A stretch of DNA of 64,000 nt from NCBI RefSeq assembly GCF_009914755.1, contig NC_060933.1. One strand, given 5' to 3'. A program made the translations under genes and the position numbers. The notes beneath the pieces were generated by a model. That model was not told the origin of the DNA. It made no database searches and saw nothing but the letters and a program-made list of their open reading frames with translations. Shown here in pieces: positions 47,886 through 64,000 of this stretch. Position 1 is the stretch's first letter; every line of letters starts with the position of its first letter. Source of the stretch: the human T2T-CHM13v2.0 reference genome, Homo sapiens.

Positions 47886-48890
47886 AATTGTCTTCAGTAT
47901 GCTGTGCCTTAAGAAATTTACTTAACTGTATCAAATGGTCCTATGATATGTGCTTGGACACATATCCAATAGCCAACTCTCCTCAGAAATCTCCAAGACA
48001 GTCCTACTTGCAGGGTAATGTCACATTCAGCCCCTCACTAATAGTTAGTCTATTCGTCTTGTGCTTTATCATTAATGTTCCTCTGATTTTTACATTCTGC
48101 ATTAGGCTAAGCATCAAAATAATATGCACAGTTTTTTTAAAAAAAATAGATGTTCCTTTCTCACTCCTAACTATTCTATATCAGTAAGATATTTTTCTTA
48201 TACTAAAACATATCACACTTGTTTTAATGTAAGGATAATGTCTTGAAGTATTCAGTAATAAAATTACTTAATTTCCCAAATTTGAGCCATGTTTTCCTAA
48301 ATTTGGGCAATATTTATGCTTCAGGAAGATATACCCTGTTTGGTTCATTATTTGGATTGTAACTTCCTCTTTGTAGTTTTCATCTGTGAAATCTCCAGTT
48401 GCAGGGACTGTGCATACTTCTGGTAATCCCCAATGTCTGGTGCTACCGTGAAGCCTATGAGCTTCCAGTATCAGATGAGTCAGAGGTAGATTAAGACTGA
48501 AAGGTAGAGGGTCTTAAAACCAATAGACTAAGAGCATGGATTTGATCATTTATCCCCAAGTTTAAGCAACTATCTTCAGTAGTTGGCTTACGCTAGAGTC
48601 AATGGATATAATGTATAACATATTTGGAGTTATTTATTAGTATTTATACAACCCTATAAGAAGTAGGAAAGAATGAAAAGGAAAAGAAGACCATATCTAT
48701 GAATAATTTATTGATGATCTGAACAGAAGTTGACAAAAACTCCACTGTCAGGTGGGAAGAGGTTTGTTAGGAAATTCAGAGAAATGCAGGGGCCTAGTTA
48801 AGATGCTTGTGAAGGTATACTTTTTTTTGGCAAATACATGATTTATAAATGTCAGTTTCACTCTATATTATCAAGAACATAATTAATATT

Positions 48891-53712
<4,822 letters not shown>

Positions 53713-56469
53713 ATTAATATTCATTCAAGTCACACCCTGTATCTTTGTGTCTTAGTTAAGTTAGAAAAGTAACTTTTTCCTCACATGATCCAGAATAATT
53801 TCAGTTTATAGATATTAGTAGCTAATAAATTGTATTCTCATTGTAAAATAATAATATATAAGGGGCATGCAGGAGAAAAAGTAAAAGAAGAATAAGGAAG
53901 CCAAGGTAAGAGTTTGTTAAGTAAATTCTCATCATTTTGGTTTGGAATGTAAATATAAATGCTTCAAAATCTGACAGCTACCCTCAGCTCTATGATTAGT
54001 CGCTCTGTTTTCCTGCTAAGTCAGCAGATGCTTGTGTCTCAAACATGAGGTTCCTACTTGTAAGAAATGCCAGAAAAGACAGAACACTAGGTCATCCATT
54101 TTCCCTAGCTAAACAAAGCTTTCATTTTGCTTGTTCCCAGAATGAGGCAAACTGGGAAGAAACTATGGAATAATGGATTGGATTTATGGGCATACATTAG
54201 AGGTCTATAAATCATTATAAATCACTTGTCTCTTCATAAAGCCAATATGTTATATAGAAATGAGCTATGGACAAGGGTTATATAGGGAAATCTTTCACAT
54301 TACTCGCAGTAAGAAAGTCAAGCAGTTGATCTTTCACAATGGCATATAATTCTGGCTGAAAGAAATGAGGGCCTATTTTTTGCCTCAATATTTTCTTGCA
54401 AAACAGGGATATATTATTCCAATTTGTTGCAGTAGGCAAAATTAAATTGGTAAGAGTTATTTCTTGGACTCTGTTTCTATTTTATCTGCTACTGAATCAT
54501 TTAATTCATTATTTTATACTTAATCAGATTTTAGCTCCTAGATTATTGGGCTTTAAACTTTTAAGAGTTCTTATTTTTTCTCCTTATTAAAAACCTTGGC
54601 ATGTTACCAGCACACTACATAAAAGAGGGCCATAGCAGCGCTCTCCCTGGAAAATTTTATTTGAAGCAAGTGGTAGGCATAATAAAATGTTCCCACAAGC
54701 TTAGAAAAGTTTAAACAATACACAGAACAAGTTTATTGTGGGTTTGCTTCCTGGGTTCAAGTTATGGTACCCTCCAACTATAGGCATTCTCTCCACCTTT
54801 ACATCATTCATAAATTTCATGAGAAAAATGATACTTCAGTGACTATTGCTCAGTTACCATACAAATAGAGAAGATAGATGTTTTTTCTTCCCATCTGCCA
54901 TTATGGAATTAGTTAATGAATGCTGTAACACCATAGCATTTAGCAAATTTGAAGGATCTTTTTTTTCATGTTTACTACAGTTCCTTGTTTTATTCTCCAG
55001 GTAGAATCTACTCAGTTACAACTCTTAATCTTATTCAATATTGACAACCAGATTTCTGGCTGGCTGTTATACTCAATGATGCTGCCCCTCCCATTTTTAT
55101 TACAATGGAAAGCCTGTAGCTAGGTGATAGAGGCGGTTGCCTGTGAAATGTAACCCAATACAGTACATTTTAGTTTGTTAGATGTTCTGCTTTGGTCTTC
55201 TGACAGTTGTTCTGGAAGTAAATAACATCTGCCATACAATTGGCTGGCAAAACTCATTTGTAGTATAATTAAACAGCCATCATTTTGTTAGAGCATAAAC
55301 ACAAAGATAAATAGTCCATGAATTAGCAAGTGCAACATCATTTGACAGCTCACAGCTAGACAGGCATAATATAGATTTTACCTATATGCAGAGTGTCCTT
55401 GCAAGACAGCTAACAAAATCAAAAGCAAAATCAGTATCTAGAATTTTCAAACTGGAGGTGGGAGTGTTTGGACAGCCTTAGCAATCTTACTTTTGCCATA
55501 TTTTGGGCCTTTTCTTTGATCTTGCATGGTGGCCGGTCCAGGTGGTCTTCTTCACCTTTAAGTTATATTTTAAAGGTTTTCCATCTTTGGCATTTTCTTT
55601 TCTAGAATTGTCACCACCATTTCTTCATTAGAGCTAGAACAGAAACCAGAAGTCAACCCAACTTAAGTATTAGCCATAGGTATTTATCTTCCTCCCAGGT
55701 GTCTGGTAAAGTAGTTTAATTTATGTAAAAAGGTCAGAAATGAAGAAAAAACTTGTAGAAATTTATACTTTATTTTTGTGCTCTCTCCCAAATGGCTGAG
55801 AGGATTGCCTCTGAATAACAGGTAATTTAATGAAGCATTTCAATTCACAGTCAATTCTGTTTTATAAAGAACTGATTGTACAGTGGAGTAGTGCTATCCT
55901 TTGCTGCTGTCCCTTCCTCCCTTGGCTCTTTGCCTTTGGACTGGTTTGCTGGACATTAGGAGTGTTGCTTTTAGAAGGGCAAAGGAATAAAATGGATACA
56001 ATCTTCAGAGTATGGTTAGGAAGGACCAGTGAAGCCAGTTGTCAGTGAATTTTGTATCCATATTGTCTCTATACATGATTACTGAGCTCCTTTAAATGTA
56101 GATACACGAATCTTTATATCACTCTTTCTTAAATGAGAAGAGGAACTATTTTATTCTTAGAATAGAATATAGTCAGTAGTCAATAAAATATATGTTGAAT
56201 AAAGTAATAAATAAGTTAAATAATTTATTTCAATTTGCTTGAAATACCACTACTGCATTGAAGATGAGACCTATGAAATTTAATGACTGTTAGCAATTAA
56301 AACTATTTTATTTCCATTGTTATGCTTTCCATCTTGTGTATAGCTACTGTTGATAATTACTGAGTGAGCTCCTCTGCTGAATGCATTATATAAATACTCC
56401 ATTAATTTCTGCAAACATTTATTGTTTTAATTTTATGATAAAAATGTTATATTCTCAATTTCCATGATT

Positions 56470-56872
56470 AGTATTGATCAGATTGAGCTGCTCTATGCTG
56501 CAGTAACCAATAACCTTAAAGATTCAGTGGCTTCATAAAATTAAGTTTATTTTCTGTTTATGATCAACTTATATTGTAAGACATTAGAGGGTTTGGTCCA
56601 CATAGACTTTGGGAAAGTGAGCTGAGAATGACAACACCACCTTGGCACTATATCATCTGGAGCATGAAAACCCCATAACCACAGTTTGCAGGGGAGGAGT
56701 GAGTGAGCTGGAGTGTCATGCACCAGCTCTTTTATGCTTTGGCTTCAAAATGGTCCAGGTGACTTCCACTCACAGCCCATTGACCAAAAACCTGCCAAAC
56801 AGCCCTGACTAATTTCAGGGGTGGGGAAGGTGGTGAGGGAACAGATGGAATCTGATGAGCACCACTGCCCCT
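56470..56872 (-). mobile_element. Old MLT1 MaLR LTR
   Basis: Reverse LTR end TATGCTGCAGTAACCAATAACC...CAGTGGCTT...AAGTTTATTT and internal CCACTCACAGCCCATTGACCA. Confidence 0.7.
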
Positions 56873-57204
56873 GATAAGCAAAGTTATGTGCCCTCTGGAA
56901 CCAGATTAGAAAACACAGTTGACATTGCTTAACAAAAATTGAAATTCGAAATCCAGAAATTCACATTACAGTAGAACTTGAAACACATTGAAAGACACTA
57001 CAGAAGAAAAATTAACATACATTATCACAAAGTAGAATTTATCAAGAGCAGGAAGATTGAGTCAACATTTGAAACTGATCAATATAATCCACCAAAGAAT
57101 AGAATAACACAGAACAATCATATGGCCATAATAATAAATCTATAAAAAGCTTTTGATAAAATGTTAACAGTACCTTCATGATTAAAAATTGTTTGTTAGC
57201 AAAC

Positions 57205-58060
57205 AACCCCATCAAAAAGTAGGCGAAGGATATGAACAGACACCTCTCAAAAGAAGACATTTATGTGGCCAAAAAACATATAGAAAAAAAGCTCATCAGC
57301 AGTGGTCATTAGAGAAACGCAAATCAAAACCACAGTGAGATACCATTTCTCACCAGTTAGAATGGTGATCATTAAAAAGTCAGGAAACAACAGATGTGGA
57401 GAGGATGTGGAGAAATAGGAATGCTTTTACACTGTTGGTGGGAGTGTAAATTAGTTCAGCCATTGTGGAAGACAGTGTGACAATTCCTCAAGGATCTAGA
57501 AGCAGAAATACCATTTGACCCAGCAATCCCGTTACTGAGTATATACCCAAAGGATTATAAATCATTCTACTATAAATGCACATGCACACGTATGCGTGCC
57601 ACAATAATGTGGCCCTGTTCACAATAGCAAAGACTTGGAACCAACCCAAATGCCCATCAATGACAGACTGAATAAAGAAAATGTGGCGCATGTACACCAT
57701 GGAATACTATGTAGCCATAAGAAGGTTGAGTTCATGTCCTTTTCAGGGACATGGATACAGCTGGAAACCATCATTCTCAGAAAACTAACACAGGAACAGA
57801 AATCCAAACACCACATGTTCTCACTCATAAGTGGGAGTTGAACAATGGGAACACAAGGACACAGGGAGGGGAACATCACACACCAGGGCCTGTCAGGGGT
57901 TGGGGGGCTAGGGGAGGGATAGCATTAAGAGAAATACCTAATGTAGAGAACGGGTTGATGGGTGCAGCAAACCACCATGGCACGTGTATACCAATGTAAA
58001 AAACCTGCACGTTCTGCACATGTATCCCAGAACTTAGAGTATAAGAAACTTTTTTTTTAA
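57205..58060 (+). mobile_element. L1PA7/8-like 3' fragment
   Basis: 3' UTR GGGTTGATGGGTGCAGCAAACCACCATGGCACG...TATCCCAGAAC. TSD TTGTTAGCAAAC at 57193-57204 and 58061-58072. Confidence 0.9.
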
Positions 58061-59237
58061 TTGTTAGCAAACTAAAACTAGAAGGCAACTTCCTCAATTT
58101 GATGAAGGGCATCTACAAAAATAAATAGCTGATGTCACATTTAATATTGAAATATTAAATTCTTTAACCCAAGATTGGAAAAAAGATAAATTGCCCTCTT
58201 TTACTACTTACATTTAACACTGTGCTATAATAAGGGTCATGCTCAGCAGATGAAGGCAATAAAAAATTACAAAAGAAATACAATTTGGAAAATAAAGGCA
58301 AAAATGTTTCCATTTACAGACAATATGATTATGTGAAAAATTCTAGATGCTAAAAACTCCTAAAACATAAATTTGGTAAGGTCCCAAGATACAAAATCAA
58401 TGTACAAAAGCCATTTGCATTCCTGCATACTAGCAAAAAATAGTTGGAACATAAAATCTTAAAAATATGCCATCAAGAACATAAAATACTGTACTTAGTC
58501 ATAAAATTTAAAATATCTACAAAATCTATACAATGAACACTACAAAAAATTGTTAAGTGCAATTAAAGATCTAACAATGAGATATACCAAGGTCATAAAT
58601 TAGAAGACTTGATTTTGTGAAGATTTGTCTATCATTGAATTTACCTGCAGACTCAAGGCAATTTGACTTGAAATCCTAACATTATTTTGAAAATTGTTTC
58701 TAAAATGTATAGAAATTAAAAAAACCTAGAATAGCCAAAACAGACTTGAATAACAGAACAAAGTTGCATTACTTTAACTGCCTAAATTTTAAGTCTAAAG
58801 TAACAATACATGATATGCTTATGAATAGACAAATAGATCAATAGAACAGAACAGAGATTCTGTACAGAGGCAAGAAACCAAGGTAATTCAATGGAGGAAG
58901 GAGAACAGTTTCAATAACTGGCGTTGGAATAACTGGTATCCAAATATAAAGGCCAAAACCTTATTTCTAAAACAAAACCTAAGAATACTTTCATGAATTT
59001 GGAGTAGGTAAAGACATTTTAGAAAGAATACAAAAAATATCATAGAAAAGTGATAATATGGATTCCACTCAAAATAAACACTTCCATTCATCAAACATTT
59101 TGTTAAAACAATGAAAAGGCAAGACACAAGTTTGAAGAAATATTTGCAATGTGTATTTTGAAGGATTTGTAATCAATATATGAAATTTACTTTTCTGTAT
59201 CAATGATAATCCCAAATGAATTTACAAGAAATTTTGT

Positions 59238-59648
<411 letters not shown>

Positions 59649-60648
59649 CTCACACCAACTACAGTGTCTCAAATTCAAAAGACTGACAACCATAAATTAT
59701 GATGATGGTGTATAACAACGGGGACCATACTATAATGGTGGTGGTAATATAAAATAGACCAACCACTCTGGACAATTCTTTATCCGTTTCTCAAGATAAA
59801 CATACATGTAGACTGTGAGCCAGAAATTTCACATTTTGACATTTATCTGGGAAAAAAGGAATACATATGGTGCACAAAAAGAATTGTACAAAAATGTTTA
59901 TCACAACTTGTATCAATAGTCCATTAGTTATTGCTGAGTAGATTTTCTCCTTAATGAACTTTTGATTGTTGAATTTCAAAAATATTATTTTGAGTGAATG
60001 AAGCCAGACAGAATAGAGTACACTCCCTATGATTCCATTCATGTGAAGTTCAAAAGAAAGTAAAACATATATATTGATTGAAATCAGTACAGTGGTTGCC
60101 TGTCTGTCATATTTTGACTGGGATTAACTATAAGAGTGAATACATTCTTTAAAGCTTATTGAATTGAACTCTTAAGATCTATGTGTTTCAGTGTATATAA
60201 ATTTTACCTGAATAAAGAGACTAACACAGGAAATGTTTATAACTATACCTATATAGGTATACATATCTCAAATACTGTTTGAGTTTATTTTTCTTTTTCT
60301 TTTAAGCAAAATGTAATAGAGTAAATAGTTCGCTGGCAAACAGAAAAACAAAAGCAGCAAACAAACAAAACCCAAAAACCTCTCTGGATATTTTGTGAGA
60401 TTAATGACAAGAACAATAAACTATTAAAACAACAATAACACATGACATGAAGGTTAAAAGTAATATTACATCACAATCTACTGGTGCAGCTGTCAACATG
60501 AGAACCATTTCTTACGTATAGAATCATTTGTGTATATATTTCTGAAACACTTCGTGAGAAATTGAATGATTAAGATTTTAGAACTGGTGAGAGGAAAAAA
60601 AGCTATGGCCTAAAAGCTATATATAATTTCTGGTTTAGGGCTTCAATT

Positions 60649-60674
60649 AAAACAAAACAAAACAAAACAAAAAC
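60649..60674. repeat. (AAAAC)n microsatellite
   Basis: AAAACAAAACAAAACAAAACAAAAAC. Confidence 0.9.
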
Positions 60675-60855
60675 ATGTGGAGTGCTATTCCTCAACATGG
60701 CTGTAGAAAAATTTAACTCAAGCAAGTGCAGTGAGTGAGATCAGGCAAAACTGCAGTAAATACACACTCACCATAACTATAACTTAGTCCAAAAGGAATG
60801 AACAATCTTCTATACAAGGTAAATGAGGTGAAATGAGAAAGTTGATGACCTGTGT

Positions 60856-61022
60856 TTTATCATATATATATGATATATATATATATCATTCATATATATA
60901 TATGAATGATAAATAATGCATTCATTATATCATCTACATTAAATGTGCTTTAGAAACAAATATATATAGGATAAATAATGCATTCATTATATCATCTACA
61001 TTACATATGCTTTAGAAACAAA
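60856..61022. repeat. (AT)n-centred overlapping palindromes followed by a 53-bp direct duplication
   Basis: Perfect palindromes at 60858-60875, 60870-60889 and 60884-60911. Direct repeat at 60908-60960 and 60970-61022 with 2 mismatches. Confidence 0.9.
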
Positions 61023-61814
61023 AATTTACTTGATATTTTGACAAACCCACCCTTCATTCCTTAGGTTAATTTCTGTGTTAATTTTTACATTGCTAATCAT
61101 TGTACTGCTGTAGCTAAATCATCTGAATATCAGTTTATGCAGTGTTGCTCAAAAGATGTATAAATAGCCAGCTCTATGATTACCTAAAAACAAGCTTTTT
61201 AAAATAAAGGAAGAAAGCAACAATGTTCCAAATGAATGGCACAGGGCAAAACACATATATCAAAACATATTTAGACAGTATTCGGTGCCCATCAGTTTCT
61301 CTTATAAAGATAAATGCTTGAGGAAGATCTTGAGAGAACCCTCCCTCCCTCTAAATGTTTAGCTCCTACATGGTGTCAGATGTTACAATTGATATGAAGG
61401 ATAAATGCTTTCAGGCAAAAGTAAAAATCTATCTACAAAGCAATATAGCAAAATCTGTAGTGACTTTTGTAGAAAGCTCCCTTCTCTGATGGTAATATTC
61501 TTTAGTATATATCCAGGATAGACTAAATTGAAACAATATTTCTGATACAATAGCAATACTTTCATATACTGTTACTAAATATTACAAAATTCCAAAAAAT
61601 ACATAAATATCCCTTGTACCATGCATTATGCACCAGTTTGGGGCTGCCTGATAAAGTCATGGCTAGTATTTTAACAATTAAACATTACAACTCAAAAATT
61701 CTGCCATCTATACACAGTGAATGGACACAATGGTGAGGGCTCCTGAGAGATGGCAAGCTACCTCTAAAGTGAAAAGTCTGTGGTGGAGTGTCTCCAAATT
61801 AAAGAGAGGGGAAC

Positions 61815-64000
61815 ATAACTTTCAACAGTGAAGTCAAAACAGATGTAAATAAGATTGAGGAATTTCTTGAAGAAGTCTTAAGCCCTCCCACGTACTTAAA
61901 GCCTTCACCAAAACACCCAGAATCAAATACTGCTGGAATGGACATCTTTGCCAAATTCTCTGCATATATCAAGAATTCAAGGCCAGAGGCTAATGAAGCA
62001 CTGGAGAGGGGTCTCCTGAAAACCCTGCAGAAACTGGATGAATATCTGAATTCTCCTCTCCCTGATGAAATTGATGAAAATAGTATGGAGGACGTTAAGT
62101 TTTCTAAACGTAAATTTCTGGACAGCAATGAAATGACATTAGCTGATTGCAATCTGCTGTCAAAGCTGCATATTGTCAAGGTTGTGGCCAAAAAAATCGC
62201 AACTTTGATATTCCAAAAGAAATGACTGTCATCTGGAGATACCTAACTAACTAATGCATACAGTAGGGATGAGTTCACCAGTACCTGTCCCAGTGATGAG
62301 GAGGTTGAAATAGCATATAGTGATGTAGCCAAAAGACTCACCAAGTAAAATCGCGTTTCTGAAAGAGATGTGTTCATGTCTTGCTCTAAGAATTTGCTTT
62401 TCCTAACAGGCTACTCCTCTTCCTGTAGAGTAGAAATTGTATTTTGCATGAACATGCAATTATTGAAGATTAGGATCAAGCATAGACAAGGTATAGTAGT
62501 TATCTTAAGATATACACTCCTAAGCAGTATTATTTTAAAATCATTTTATCCCTCTAAATGTTCGAGGAAGGCATGTCTATTGTGATTTTAATGAAGACAG
62601 AATTATTTTTCTCTGTAGAAAGACAAATACTACTTTATCAGGGAAGTTAGTCAAATGAAATGGAAATTGGTAAATGGTCAAAAGCTAGCTAGGAAAAAGA
62701 TCCAACAACATGCTTTAACCCCATTGCATGTTTGTGGAAAGACCATAGCTTAAAATCTTGAGAAATTTGGGACATAAAAGTTTTCATGGTAGACAGTTCA
62801 TGGAGTATATGAACTGACATTATGGAAAAATCTGATTTTATTTTTACAGTTAACAAATCCATTCCTCTTAATTTAAACACCTGTTGTGTTTTACTTCGAT
62901 GAAGAGATTGGAGTCTGAATAGAAAGTCTGTTTTCCGGGGGATACTGAGAAATTTTTGTATTCAGGAGTTGGAAAGCTCTCTTCCATTCTAGTTGATAAA
63001 ACTTCCCTTTTTTTGATGTAGATGCAGATTTTCTATACAGTTCTGTTGTCTTCTTTTACTAGGACTGTTAACTTTTGTGATAAAATTCAAATAAGATTTT
63101 ATTTCTTGATAATTTTGGTTTTCACAATTTATCTTTAAATCCTTGAGCAATCTGTATACAATTAAGAGATTTCTCACATTTATTCTTAAACTGAGTAGAT
63201 CAACTCTAGGATTTAGGCATGTTAACTTTACTTCTGTTGTGTTTTGAATCTCTCCAGAGTTGCATGTAGGTAGCTTTTATTTCTGTGCGCTTACAGTCAA
63301 TTAGAAAATATCTACAAAGTAGGCTGGGTGTGGTGGCTCATGCCTGTAATTCCAACACTTTGGGAGGCTGAGGCAGGCAGATCACGAGGTCAGGAGATCG
63401 AGACCATCTTGGCCAATATGGTGAAACCCTGTCTGTACTAAAAAGACAAAAATTAGCTGGGCGTGGTGGCGTGCACCTGTAGTCCCAGCTACTCAGGAGG
63501 CTGAGGCAGGAGAATCACTTGAACCTGGGAGGCAGAGGCTGCAGTGAGACAAGATCATGCCATGGCACTACAGCCTGGGTGAGAGAGTGAGACCCTGTCT
63601 CAAAAAAAAAAAAAAAAAAAAAAAAGAAAATATCCGGAAAGTGAAAATGGAGAGGAAATAGAAATGTATTTTTAATGAACATTTTGATACAAATTTCATC
63701 ATTTAATGATTCACCAATTTCTTACATTAATTTGAATTAAGCATTTAATTCAAAGAGACAGGAGCATTCATTGATATATATGGACTTTTAAAAATTCCAT
63801 CCTTTATAAATAGACAAGGTTTGGGCTACAAAAATTATATTTTTATCATGGAAAAATTTCAACTCCTCAAGTCATAATGTTGAATAGAATTGGAGTATTT
63901 TCTTTAGAATTTCTTGAACAGGCAAATTAAAGCTTATTATAGAATGCAAGTATTTACTTTTCTCTTTGGAATATCAAAACCAGTGTATTGCTGACAGCTA
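61815..64000 (+). pseudogene. CLIC4: Processed pseudogene of CLIC4 (chloride intracellular channel 4), 5'-truncated, probably continuing past the window end
   Basis: Intronless translation from 61815 reads [22 protein letters not shown]...[54 protein letters not shown]...; it closes with [13 protein letters not shown] (TAA at 62346-62348). About 77 N-terminal codons are missing. A 1-nt deletion in the A run near 62190 and a 4-nt CTAA duplication near 62245 disrupt it. AT-rich 3' UTR-like sequence follows; its extent is judged from recall of the parent UTR. Confidence 0.93.
63322..63624 (+). mobile_element. AluSc-like element inside the pseudogene 3' UTR
   Basis: Contains GATCACGAGGTCAGGAGATCGAGACCATC and an A24 tail. 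Degenerate TSD AGAAAATATC(TAC/CGG)AAAGT at 63303-63320 and 63625-63642. Confidence 0.93.

Noticed and set aside
58043-58060. T-run where the L1 poly(A) tail is expected
   Set aside because: Old L1 tails commonly decay into mixed A/T runs, and the TSD is still in the normal position.
61799-62191. 130-aa minus-strand ORF
   Set aside because: Antisense shadow of the CLIC4-derived coding sequence with no independent support.

Overview
AT-rich, repeat-dense primate (most likely human) intergenic or deep-intronic DNA. I find no intact protein-coding gene, RNA gene or CRISPR array. The only host-gene-derived sequence is a 5'-truncated, frameshifted processed pseudogene of CLIC4 (about 61815 to the window end), with an AluS inserted in its 3' UTR copy. 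Much of the window is transposable elements: (1) a solo ERV9/LTR12 with a 4-bp TSD; (2) a deleted ancient ERV-L provirus with two LTR16-like LTRs and recognisable dUTPase and RNase H remnants; (3) an L1PA2 with an apparent short 3' transduction; (4) an L1PA4 with a twin-priming inversion and an unusually large internal gap of about 2.5 kb; (5) a 4.8-kb L1PA3; (6) a complete THE1 whose two LTRs disagree; (7) an old near-full-length L1M carrying five nested insertions; (8) several Alus, one very young and AluYc1-like; (9) MER82, MIR, L2 and MLT1 fragments. Nearly all long ORFs in the supplied track are TE-derived or antisense shadows. I see no evidence for a new biological system. The best leads are mechanistic oddities of retrotransposition and a few motif clusters that could be regulatory. 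Subfamily names come from recalled diagnostic positions and should be confirmed with RepeatMasker/Dfam.
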